From Acidimicrobiia bacterium (GTDB lineage: Bacteria; Actinomycetota; Acidimicrobiia; Spongiisociales; UBA11373), in contig JAFGCH010000001.1 of the NCBI GenBank assembly GCA_016932695.1, forward strand, positions 22,420 through 86,419: 64,000 nucleotides of DNA, written 5' to 3'. The stretch's first letter is position 1; each line of letters begins with the position of its first letter. Made by a program: the position numbers and the translations under genes. The notes beneath the pieces are model-generated. The model had not been told where the DNA came from and ran no database searches. It saw only the letters and a program-made list of their open reading frames with translations. Below, in pieces: positions 43,856 to 52,796 of this stretch.

Positions 43856-44923
43856 TCAGGGCCGGGGATGAGCGGCGAAGAACTCCCACAAGAGGGCCGA
43901 GGCGCCGACCGCGTCGGTGGTCCGCCCCCACAGGCTGGTATCACCCGACCCGGGCCAGCCGTGGCGCCCGCCCTCCACCCGGTACAGGACCACGTCGGCG
44001 TTCGCTGCGCACCCGGTCCAGGAGCGCAACCCCACGTCGGCGGCGACATCGCCCACGACGGGGTCTGGGGCGCATCCGTTGCGCTCCACCCAAGCGGCGA
44101 CCACTCCCTCCACCGCCGGGAGGATCTCGCCCACTCCCTCGTAGGGCACGATGGGATCGGCGCTGCCGTGGATGGCGACCACTGCCACCGGCAGCACCGG
44201 TTCGCAGGGCCCGCTCGGGTAGGCGGCGGCCACCGGACCTACCGCCGCCACCAGGTCGGCGGCATCGCAGGCCAGGCGCGCCGCCATCCCGCCGCCGTTG
44301 GACATGCCGGCGGCGAACACCCGGCCGGGGTCGACGGGCACCGCCGCGCTCACCAACGCCACCAATTCACGCACGAAGACGACGTCCTGGTCGCCCTGGG
44401 CGGGGCTGGAGAGCCAGCGGCGCGGGAAGCCGGTACCGGCCGGATAGACCACCACGAAGCCGTGCTCCTCGGCCAGAGCGGACATGCCCGAGGTCTCCTC
44501 GATCTCCTCGGGAGAGCGGGTGAAGCCGTGGAAGACCAGGACCAGAGGAGCCGGGCCGGCCACCGACTCGGGGACCACGACGATGGCCCGCCGCAGCAGC
44601 CCCCCGGAGGCGATCTCCACCTCGTAGCGCCCCGGGCCGTTTCCCAGCCCCGAGCCGGCTGCCGGCGGGGGTGCGGTGGTCGTCGTGGTTGTGGCCAGGG
44701 TCGTGGAAGGGCTGCTGGCCGTGGTAGTAGCAACCGTCGTAGTAGGGCTGCTGGTCGGGGGGACGGTTGTCGAGGTAGACGTGGTCGGCCCGGTCGAGAG
44801 ATCCCCCGGGTTCGAGGCGGCGGAGGGCTCGCCGGCGCCGCCGCAGCCGGCGGCGGCCAGGACGGCTGCCAGCAGCCAGACGGCCATGATCACGGGGCGA
44901 CGCGACGGAGCGAGGGGATTCAC
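43856..44923 (-). CDS. Lipoprotein esterase of the PHB-depolymerase / LpqC-like alpha/beta-hydrolase family
   Basis: Signal peptide plus lipobox (AAGCGG), Thr/Ser-rich linker, then LVLVFHGFTRSPEE...GMSNGGGMAARLACD (GxSxG nucleophile elbow) ...IHGSADPIVPY. Confidence 0.6.
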   Translation of the reverse strand: MNPLAPSRRPVIMAVWLLAAVLAAAGCGGAGEPSAASNPGDLSTGPTTSTSTTVPPTSSPTTTVATTTASSPSTTLATTTTTTAPPPAAGSGLGNGPGRYEVEIASGGLLRRAIVVVPESVAGPAPLVLVFHGFTRSPEEIEETSGMSALAEEHGFVVVYPAGTGFPRRWLSSPAQGDQDVVFVRELVALVSAAVPVDPGRVFAAGMSNGGGMAARLACDAADLVAAVGPVAAAYPSGPCEPVLPVAVVAIHGSADPIVPYEGVGEILPAVEGVVAAWVERNGCAPDPVVGDVAADVGLRSWTGCAANADVVLYRVEGGRHGWPGSGDTSLWGRTTDAVGASALLWEFFAAHPRP

Positions 44924-44963
44924 AGCCCCGTTTCTAGCCGACGGGCCGCCGGGGGCAAGCCGC

Positions 44964-46118
44964 TCAGCGGAGCCGCGACTCCAGCAGGCGAGGATCCAGG
45001 CAGTACCCGAGGGCCACTTCCCGCTCGATGACGCCGCGCTTGACCAGCATCGCCAGGTGGTCGTCGAGGGTGAACATGCCGCGATCGCGGGAGGTCTGCA
45101 TCACATCCTGCATGCGCACGATCTCGTTGTTGCGGATGAGGTTCGAGATGGCCGGGGTGGTCAGCATCACCTCCAGCGCGGCCACCCGGGCCGGCAGCGG
45201 GTTCCCCTCGTGGTCCGTGGCCCCGGGACGCGCCGGCACCAGCACCTGGGAGATCACCGCCAGGAGCGACATAGCCAGCTGCACCCGGATCTGCTCCTGC
45301 TGGTTGGGGGGGAAGACATCGATGATGCGGCTCACCGTCTTGGCGCTCCCCGTAGTGTGCAGCGTCCCCAGCACCAGGTGGCCGGTCTCCGCCGCGGTGG
45401 TGGCGGTGGCGATGGTCTCCAGGTCGCGCATTTCCCCCACCATGATCACGTCGGGGTCCTGACGCAGCACCCGCCGCATGGCCTCGGCGAACGAGGGGAC
45501 GTCGGAGCCCACCTCACGCTGGGTGATCAGGGATCGCCGGCTGGTGTGGAGGTACTCCACCGGGTCCTCGATGGTCACGATGTGCCGGTCGAGGTGCTCG
45601 TTGATCCAATCCACCATCGCCGCCAGGGTGGTGGACTTCCCCGAGCCGGTGGGGCCGGTGACCAGTATGAGGCCGCGCGTCTGGCGAAGCAGGCCGGTGA
45701 CGGTGTTCCGGTCGATGCCGATCTGCTCGAAAGTGAGCAGATCCGCGGTGATGCGCCGCAGCGAGGCGCCGTAGCCAGCGCGGTCCCTCATGACGCTGAC
45801 CCGGAAGCGCTCCCCGTGGCCGTAGGTGAGAGCGAGATCGACCGTTCCCAACTCGCGCAACGAGGCCCACTGCGCCTCGCTACACAGGGCCCGGCAGAAG
45901 GCGGCCGATGCCGCCGCGTCGAAAGGCGCCTCTTGGAGACGTTCCAGGGCCCCGCTGATCCGCAGCACCGGAGGGTTCCCCGGCCTGACGTGAAGATCGG
46001 AGGCATTGCGGGATACGCAGGCGGCCAGCAGGCGCCGCACCGCGTCGGTGCCCGCCGGAGCCTGCGGGTGATCAGCGGCGCGGCGTCCCCACTGCTCCTG
46101 ATCGACGGAGGTGGTCAC
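44964..46118 (-). CDS. pilT: Type IV pilus twitching-motility ATPase PilT
   Basis: SDLHVRPGNPPVLRISG...; Walker A GPTGSGKSTT; Asp box VIMVGEMRD; His box TLHTTGSAKT; about 384 aa, typical PilT size. Confidence 0.8.
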   Translation of the reverse strand: MTTSVDQEQWGRRAADHPQAPAGTDAVRRLLAACVSRNASDLHVRPGNPPVLRISGALERLQEAPFDAAASAAFCRALCSEAQWASLRELGTVDLALTYGHGERFRVSVMRDRAGYGASLRRITADLLTFEQIGIDRNTVTGLLRQTRGLILVTGPTGSGKSTTLAAMVDWINEHLDRHIVTIEDPVEYLHTSRRSLITQREVGSDVPSFAEAMRRVLRQDPDVIMVGEMRDLETIATATTAAETGHLVLGTLHTTGSAKTVSRIIDVFPPNQQEQIRVQLAMSLLAVISQVLVPARPGATDHEGNPLPARVAALEVMLTTPAISNLIRNNEIVRMQDVMQTSRDRGMFTLDDHLAMLVKRGVIEREVALGYCLDPRLLESRLR

Positions 46119-46185
46119 GGTGCCTCTATCGGCGGCCGCGGAGGCGGGCTGTAGGGGTCCCGTCGCCGTGTCCGCCCGCTGCCCG

Positions 46186-47481
46186 CTACCGGGCGTGGCG
46201 GCGTCCTCGGCACCAGTGGGTCGCCTCGTGGAGCACCAGGCCGGCGGCGATCAGACCCAGACCGGTCAGCCAGACGGGGCGGTCCACGAAGAACGCCAGA
46301 GCTAGGCACGCAACCAGGCCGGCTCCCGCCACCCAGCGCGGAAAGCGGCGATCCGCGGCAGGCAGCCGCAGCGCCGTCAGGTTGGTGACGGCGTAGTACA
46401 CCAGCACGGTGAAGGCGCTGAAGGACCAGGTGGTGCGCACATCACCCACCGCTACCAAGCCGCCGATGAGCAGGGCCACCGCCGTCACCGCCACCACCGG
46501 GGTTCGCCCCGCCCGGTCCAGTCGGGCGGTAGCCGAAGGCATGTCGCCGCGCCGTCCCATGGCGAGCAGCACGCGCGACAGCCCCAGCAGCAGATTGAGC
46601 AAGACGCCGAGCGTGGCGGCGATCGCACCGACCGCCACGATGCGATCGATTCCCGGCAGCGACAACCCCCGCCCGACCAGCTCCAAGGGGGCTCCCGTGT
46701 CCGCCGCCGCTCCCAGGCCGGCGGCCCCGGCGGCACCCACCCCCGCGACGGCCACCAGGCCGTAGAGCGCCAGGCTGACCACGAGGGTGGTGATGATGGC
46801 CCGGGGAATAGTGACCCGGGGTTCGCGCACCTCCTCCCCCAGAGTGGCAATGCGCCCGTAGCCCGTGTAGGCCACAAACATGAGCGCGGTCGCTTCCAGA
46901 AGACCCGGCGCGCCCCCGGCGAAGAACGGGCGGAAGTTGGCGGCTCGCCCACTCGCCAGGGCGACGCCGGCGAAGAGCAACAGAGAGCCCAGGGCGACCC
47001 CTACCACCAGGGCGTTGGCCCAGGCCGACAGGCGCACCCCGGCGAGCACCACCACGGCCAAGACGGCAACGGCTCCCAGACCCAAGCCGACCCGGAGGAC
47101 GGCACCCGTTCCCCAGCCCAGCAACAGCGCGGTGTAGCCGCCGAAGCCCAGCGCGGCGGTGGCCGCCGAAGCCGCCTTGGCCGCCAAGAAGACCCATCCG
47201 GCCAGGAAGCCGAAGCGGCGGCCCAGATACCGATAGCCGTACTCATAGGTCCCGCCGCTCACCGGGTGGGCCGCCGCCAATTGGGCGCTGCTCAGGCCGT
47301 TGGCCGTCGCCACCGCAGCCGCGACAACCACCGCCAGCACCACCGCCGGGCCGGCGATGCCTGCAGCCACGCCGATGCTGACGAACACCCCCGTGCCGAC
47401 TATGGAGCCCAGGCCGAGGAGCACGGCATGCCCCAGGCCCAGCTCCCGGGGGAGTGACCGGTGCACCGGTGCCGCGCCCAC
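46186..47481 (-). CDS. APC-superfamily amino acid permease
   Basis: 431 aa, about 12 TM helices. N-terminal GLGHAVLLGLGSIVGTGVFV is the amino-acid permease signature. Confidence 0.75.
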   Translation of the reverse strand: MGAAPVHRSLPRELGLGHAVLLGLGSIVGTGVFVSIGVAAGIAGPAVVLAVVVAAAVATANGLSSAQLAAAHPVSGGTYEYGYRYLGRRFGFLAGWVFLAAKAASAATAALGFGGYTALLLGWGTGAVLRVGLGLGAVAVLAVVVLAGVRLSAWANALVVGVALGSLLLFAGVALASGRAANFRPFFAGGAPGLLEATALMFVAYTGYGRIATLGEEVREPRVTIPRAIITTLVVSLALYGLVAVAGVGAAGAAGLGAAADTGAPLELVGRGLSLPGIDRIVAVGAIAATLGVLLNLLLGLSRVLLAMGRRGDMPSATARLDRAGRTPVVAVTAVALLIGGLVAVGDVRTTWSFSAFTVLVYYAVTNLTALRLPAADRRFPRWVAGAGLVACLALAFFVDRPVWLTGLGLIAAGLVLHEATHWCRGRRHAR

Positions 47482-47505
47482 GAGCGGACCCGCCCCAGCC
47501 CGTCC

Positions 47506-49177
47506 CTAGAACCCGGCCAGGTGACGCCGCAGCACGTCCAGGCCCACGGCGCCGATCTCCAACAGGCGGGCGTGGAAGCCCTTCCGGTCGAAGGCCGCCC
47601 CGTGGCGCCGCTCGGCGGCGGCCCGCAGATCGCGGATGGCCTGCTGGCCCACCTTGTAGGCGATGGCCTGGCCCGGCCAGCCCAGATAGCGGATCGCCTC
47701 AGATTCGGCCACGTCCGGCGCCTGGGCGGCGTAGTCGGTGAGCATCTCCACCGCGATCTCGAAGCGCCACTCCTCCCCCGGGTGGAAGGGCTGCCCGGCG
47801 GGAATGGGGAGGCCCAGGTGGCACCCGATGTCGATGACCACCCGGCAAGCCCGCAGCATCTCCCCGGCCAGCTTCCCCATCAGGAAGTCGGGCTTCTCCA
47901 AGTAGCCCAGTTCCTCCATGATGTCTTCGGCATACAGGGCCCAGCCCTCACCGCTGCCCGGGTACCACACCAGCAGCTTCTGATAGCGGCTCAGGCGGGC
48001 CGGTGAGATCAACTGGATGCCGGCCTGCAGATGGTGGCCCGGGGAAGCCCTCGTGGTAGTTGGTGGTCACCTGATCGAAGAGCGGCACCGACTGCTGCTC
48101 GCCGATGGCGAACCACACCGTTCCAGGGCGGGCGAAATCCTCGCTGGGGCTCACGTAGAAGGCGCCCAGGGCGCCCCCCGGAGGGGCCAGCCTGACCTCC
48201 ACTCGCCGAATGGGCTCGGGCACATCGAAGTGGGCGCCCTGCAAGTCGGCCAGGGCCGTCTCCTGCCGGTGCTGCATGAATGCCCGGAACTCCTCCCGGG
48301 GCAGTGCCCGGGCCGAGTCCTCCGCCAGCAGGCGCATGACCTCCGACCGGCCCGCCTCGGGCCGGATGGCGGCGGCGGTCTCCTCCATGCGGTCCAGTAG
48401 GCGAGCGATCTCCCCCCAGCCCCACGCGTAGGTGGCGCGCAGGTCGAGGGTCGTCCCCAGGAACCGACGGGCCAGCCGCTCGTACCGCTCCTCCCCGACC
48501 CCGTCGGTCTCGGCGGCCGACGGCAGGTAGTCCTGCTCCAAGTAGTCGCCCAGGGACCCGAACGCCGCCCGCGCCGCCTCGATGCCCGCCGCAATGCGGC
48601 GCCCCAGGGCCTCGTCACTCAGGTCGGCGGCCTTCCAATCGCTCGTCAAGCGGCGTAGTGAGGAGACCTCGCCGGAGGCGTGACGCGCCTGGCGCGCCCC
48701 CTCCGCCGCCTGGCGGCGCGCCGCCGCCAATCCTTGCCGCCGCCCCTCCTCGAGGGAGCGCCGGTACGCCTCGGCCGCTGCCGGCAGGCCCTCGAGGCGG
48801 GAGGCCACCGCCTCCCAATCCTCCCGGGATTCCTTGCCCATGTGCTCGAAGACATCCCGCAGGGTCTGCAGCGGCGAGTCGATGTTGTTCAGATCGCGCA
48901 GGTGCTCGGAGGTGCCGAAGCGGCTCAACTCGTCCTCGATGGCGGCGCCGGCCACCTCGGCTGCCAGCGCTCCCCAGGGATCGCTCCCGGTGTCGGCAGC
49001 GCGCACCCGGTCGAGTTGTCCCTCCAGCGCGCTACGCCGCCTCTCCGCCCCGGCGACGCTGAAGTCGTCCCAGAGGTGGTCGTAGCCCCGGATCCCCGCC
49101 ATGGTGGCCAGCGTGGGCGACAGGGCGGCGGTCTCTTCCACGAGAGCGTCACAAACGGCGAAGATGTCCTCGGGCAC
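47506..49177 (-). pseudogene. DUF885-family (metallopeptidase-like) gene interrupted by a single-base frameshift
   Basis: Two adjacent ORFs (47948..49177 and 47506..48012) share one family. The upstream ORF ends ...NYHEGFPGPPSAG. Shifting frame at about 48036 (one extra G in GGTGGCCCGG) restores HEGFPGHHLQAGIQLISPARLSRYQKLLVWYPGSGEGWALYAE. Confidence 0.6.
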
Positions 49178-49260
49178 AGCGGCTCCTCTGCGTTCGTCGG
49201 CGGATCGACGCTAGTAGGTCTCTAGGTGACGGGCACCCGCCGGGGCCTCCCGGCCGGGTA

Positions 49261-50499
49261 GTGAACGGCCGCGGCCGCCGGCTTATCCTCACCTTCATCG
49301 CCATGGACGCGCCCCGCCTGCTCACCATCATGGGGTCCGGAGAGACCACCGCCACCATGGTCCCGGTGCATCGCACCGTTTTCGCCCGTTTCCCCGAGCG
49401 CCCTGTAGTGGCCGTGCTCGACACTCCCTACGGCTTCCAGGAGAACGCCGACGAACTCACCGCGCGCGCCGTCTCCTACTTCCGCACCAGCCTGCCCATG
49501 GCCGAGGTCACCGTGGCCTCCCTCCGTTCCTCTCGTGAGTCGGCGGCCGGCCGCGAACAGGCGCTGGAGACCTTGCGACGGGCCGATGTGATCTTCGCCG
49601 GCCCGGGCAGCCCCTCCTACGCCCTACGCGTGTGGGCAGCGACCCCGGTGCCCGCCATCCTGAAGGCAAAAGCCCTGGCGGGGGCCTTGACCATGGCTTC
49701 GGCGGCCTCCATCACCCTGGGCCGCTTCTCCCTGCCGGTCTACGAGATCTACAAGGTGGGCAACGATCCCCACTGGCTGGACGGGCTGGATGTGCTGGCG
49801 GTCCACGGGATACGGGCTGTAGTCGTGCCCCACTGGAACAACGCCGAAGGCGGCACCCACGACACCTCCCGATGCTGGCTGGGGCTCCGCCGCTTCGACG
49901 CCCTGGCCGCCACCCTGCCCCCCGGGATCACCGTCCTCGGCGTGGACGAGCACACCGCCTGCCTGCTCGATTTCACCGGCGACCGGTTCGCGGTGGCCGG
50001 GAAGGGCACGGTCACCGTGCTGTCCGGCGGCAGCGAAACCGTGCTGGGGCCCGGGGAGACTGCCCCCCTGGACCACTTGCGCTCACGGGCAGGTTCCCGA
50101 CGGCCTGCCGCCCCCACGGAGCCGCTCACAGTCGCGCAGGCCGCCGGTTTCGCCGCCGCCTTCGACGCCGCCCTCGGGGCCGGGGAGACTGCCGCCGCTC
50201 TAGACGCCATTCTGTCGCTGGAGGATGCCCACGAGCGCTGGCCGCCGGCCGAGGCTGCCGCGGCTCACGATGCCCTGCGCACCATGGCCACCCGCCTCGC
50301 CGCCGCCTTGTCGGCTCGGGGGCTGGACGGCGGGGAATGGGCCGCTGCGGTCGAGGCCCTGGTAGCAGTGCGCTCCCGCGCTCGCGACGACGGGAGATGG
50401 GACGACGCCGATACCATCAGACGCGCCCTGGCCCTGCTGGCCGTCGAGGTGCGAGACACCCCCCAGGGGACGGTCTGGGACTCTGCTCACGGCGACTAG
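49261..50499 (+). CDS. Hypothetical protein, possibly class I glutamine amidotransferase-like / peptidase S51-like fold
   Basis: 412 aa. LLTIMGSGETTATMVP...ADVIFAGPGSPSYAL weakly resembles peptidase E / cyanophycinase-type folds. The start may be the internal ATG at 49303. Confidence 0.3.
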   Translation: MNGRGRRLILTFIAMDAPRLLTIMGSGETTATMVPVHRTVFARFPERPVVAVLDTPYGFQENADELTARAVSYFRTSLPMAEVTVASLRSSRESAAGREQALETLRRADVIFAGPGSPSYALRVWAATPVPAILKAKALAGALTMASAASITLGRFSLPVYEIYKVGNDPHWLDGLDVLAVHGIRAVVVPHWNNAEGGTHDTSRCWLGLRRFDALAATLPPGITVLGVDEHTACLLDFTGDRFAVAGKGTVTVLSGGSETVLGPGETAPLDHLRSRAGSRRPAAPTEPLTVAQAAGFAAAFDAALGAGETAAALDAILSLEDAHERWPPAEAAAAHDALRTMATRLAAALSARGLDGGEWAAAVEALVAVRSRARDDGRWDDADTIRRALALLAVEVRDTPQGTVWDSAHGD

Positions 50500-50517
50500 G
50501 GGCCGTAGGCGCCCCGC

Positions 50518-50964
50518 TCAGCGCAGCCCCGGCAGGGGCACGAACACCCCGCCGGGACGGGTCAGCGCATCGACCAGGGGGGCGATCGCCACCCACGCCA
50601 CCAAGACCACGACACCGGCCAGGACTACCCCGCGCAGCGCCGCCGTCCACACCCGCCGCGACGGCTTGAGCCGGAACGACCCCCGCCGCCAGGGCAGCCA
50701 GTAGCCCAACAGCCCCAGCGGGAGCTGAGCGAAGCCGCTGCTGCCCCCGACCGCCAGCTGGCCCCCGGCCCAGATCGCCCCGGCGGCGATCTGGCCCAGG
50801 GCGAGGACCCCCACGCTGAGCTGGCCCACGGCTACCACGCCGCGCGCCAGTTGCCCGACGGCGATCACCCCCGTGGCCCCTTGCCCGAGAGCGATCACTC
50901 CCGTCGGCATGGCTCCTATCGCGATGAACCCCACCGGCTCCACGCCTACCGAGAACCAGCGCAT
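50518..50964 (-). CDS. Small membrane protein with tandem decapeptide repeats (xGV[IV]A[LV]GQ[LG]A)
   Basis: ATG at 50964 gives MRWFSVGVEPVGFIAIGAMPTGVIALGQGATGVIAVGQLARGVVAVGQLSVGVLALGQIAAGAIWAGGQLAVGG: five consecutive repeats, then a second hydrophobic segment. Confidence 0.45.
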   Translation of the reverse strand: MRWFSVGVEPVGFIAIGAMPTGVIALGQGATGVIAVGQLARGVVAVGQLSVGVLALGQIAAGAIWAGGQLAVGGSSGFAQLPLGLLGYWLPWRRGSFRLKPSRRVWTAALRGVVLAGVVVLVAWVAIAPLVDALTRPGGVFVPLPGLR

Positions 50965-51104
50965 GGCCTGCAAGATAGGGCATGGACCGCCCCCGCGACG
51001 GCCACCCGCGGCCCGACCTGGGCAGGCCCAGGCGCCGGCACGGACTAATCTCGCCTCGCCGGGTGTCCCCCGGCCACCCACGCTTCACGTCGAAAGGCTC
51101 GCCC

Positions 51105-51977
51105 GTGCCCTTCCCGCCCGCCCCCCAGGGAGGCTTCACCGAGGACCGCGTCGTCTGGGTCTTCGGCCATCCCCGCTCCGGCACGACCTGGCTGGGCCAG
51201 CTACTCACCGACGGCCTCTCGCTGAAGATGTGGAACGAGCCCTACCTGGGGCAGTTCCTCAACTTCAGCAACCTGCTGCGCGAGAACGAGCCCAAGCGCT
51301 ACGAGGACCCCACCTTCTGGATGTCCGACCCCCAGGAAGAGAACTGGCGGGCTTCTCTCAACCTCTTCTTCATGGATGTCATCGCCCGCCAGGGCGGCCC
51401 CGCCGCCGGTTTCGGCGGCCTGGTGGTCAAAGAGCCCAACGGCACCGTGGTGTCCCCCCTGATCCTGCGGGCGATGCCGCGGGCCAAGGCCATCTTCATG
51501 CTGCGCGACCCTCGCGACGTGATCGCCTCGCTGATCGACGCCCGCAAGCCGGGCTCGTGGATGGACGAGCGGCTCACCCAGGAGTTCGACCGGGGCAAGA
51601 TCGTCAAGCAGTCGATCCGGCGCTTCGAGCGGATCGCCGAGGTGCTGGCCGAACTGGAGGCCGTCGCCCCCGGGCGCTTCTACGAGATGCGCTACGAGCG
51701 CCTGCGCGCCGACACCTTCGCCGAGATGCGGCACCTGGCCCACGTGCTCGACCTCCCCTGCGACGAGGCCGTCTTGCGCAAGGCGGTGGAACGCCACGCC
51801 TACGAGCGGATCCCCGAGGAGCGCAAAGGCCCCGGCAAGTTCGTGCGGACCGCCCGTGTCGGCGGCTGGGCCGAGGAACTGGAAGCGGAGGAGGCCGCCG
51901 CCATCCACCGCCGGCTGGGCACCTTCCTCGAGGCTCGCGGCTACCCGGTTCCGCAAGGGTCGCCGCGAACGCCATGA
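51105..51977 (+). CDS. Sulfotransferase (PAPS-dependent), family A
   Basis: GTG start 8 nt after AAAGG. 5'-PSB motif VWVFGHPRSGTTWL; 3'-PB motif IFMLRDPRDVIAS; C-terminal FVRTARVGGW. Confidence 0.7.
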   Translation: MPFPPAPQGGFTEDRVVWVFGHPRSGTTWLGQLLTDGLSLKMWNEPYLGQFLNFSNLLRENEPKRYEDPTFWMSDPQEENWRASLNLFFMDVIARQGGPAAGFGGLVVKEPNGTVVSPLILRAMPRAKAIFMLRDPRDVIASLIDARKPGSWMDERLTQEFDRGKIVKQSIRRFERIAEVLAELEAVAPGRFYEMRYERLRADTFAEMRHLAHVLDLPCDEAVLRKAVERHAYERIPEERKGPGKFVRTARVGGWAEELEAEEAAAIHRRLGTFLEARGYPVPQGSPRTP

Positions 51978-52009
51978 CCGCTCTCGGGCCAGTCGCCGGG
52001 GCCGCGCCG

Positions 52010-52770
52010 TGCTGATCACGGAGCACTTCGTCTTCGTCCACATCCCGAAGACCGGTGGGGACTTCATTCGCCGGGTCTGCCTAAAGCACCTGCCCCCGGA
52101 TTCGGTAGTGGCGCACCACATCGCCAAGCACGGGCGGGATACCGAGATTCCGGGGCCCTACCGCGGCCTCCCCCGCTTCGCCCTAGTGCGCAACCCTTGG
52201 GACTGGCACGTCTCCTGGTTCCACTACCTCATGGGCTCGGGCCGGCCCGAGGAGCACCGCGATCGGGTGCGGGTCATGAACCCCTGGTTCGTGACCTTGA
52301 GCGACGGCTTCCGCGCCGACTTCGGCACCACGATGCGCCGGCTCTACGACCCGGCGGTGGCGGCTTCCTTCTCGCCCCAATCGGTGGTGCGCGCCGCCGC
52401 CGAGCAGGAAGTCGACCTGCTGACCCTGCACCTGCGCCGCCAGACGGGGGCCAGCGAGGCCGAGGGGCGGCTCACCATGGGCCGCTTCGAGGACCTACGG
52501 CGGGACTTCCACCACTTCCTCGCCGCGCACAACGTGGAGATTCCCGAGGGCTTCCGCCGGGACCTCTACGAGCGCCCACCGATCAACCGGAGCCGCCGCT
52601 CTCGGTTCCAGGACTACTACGACCCGGAACTGCGCGGCATCATCGGCCGCTTCGCCGCCGGCACCATCGCCCGCTACGGCTACTCGTTCGAGGACGACGG
52701 CGCCGCGGCCCACGATGCCGACCCCGCCACCGGGGCGGGAGGGCGGGGCGGCGGCCGCCGTCTATCCTGA
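52010..52770 (+). CDS. Sulfotransferase, Sulfotransfer_2-like (carbohydrate sulfotransferase type)
   Basis: FVFVHIPKTGGDFI and RNPWDWHVSWFHY match the HIPKTGG / RDP-type motifs of carbohydrate sulfotransferases. Confidence 0.65.
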
Positions 52771-52796
52771 CCCGCACCCCGCCGACCGGAGGAGCG

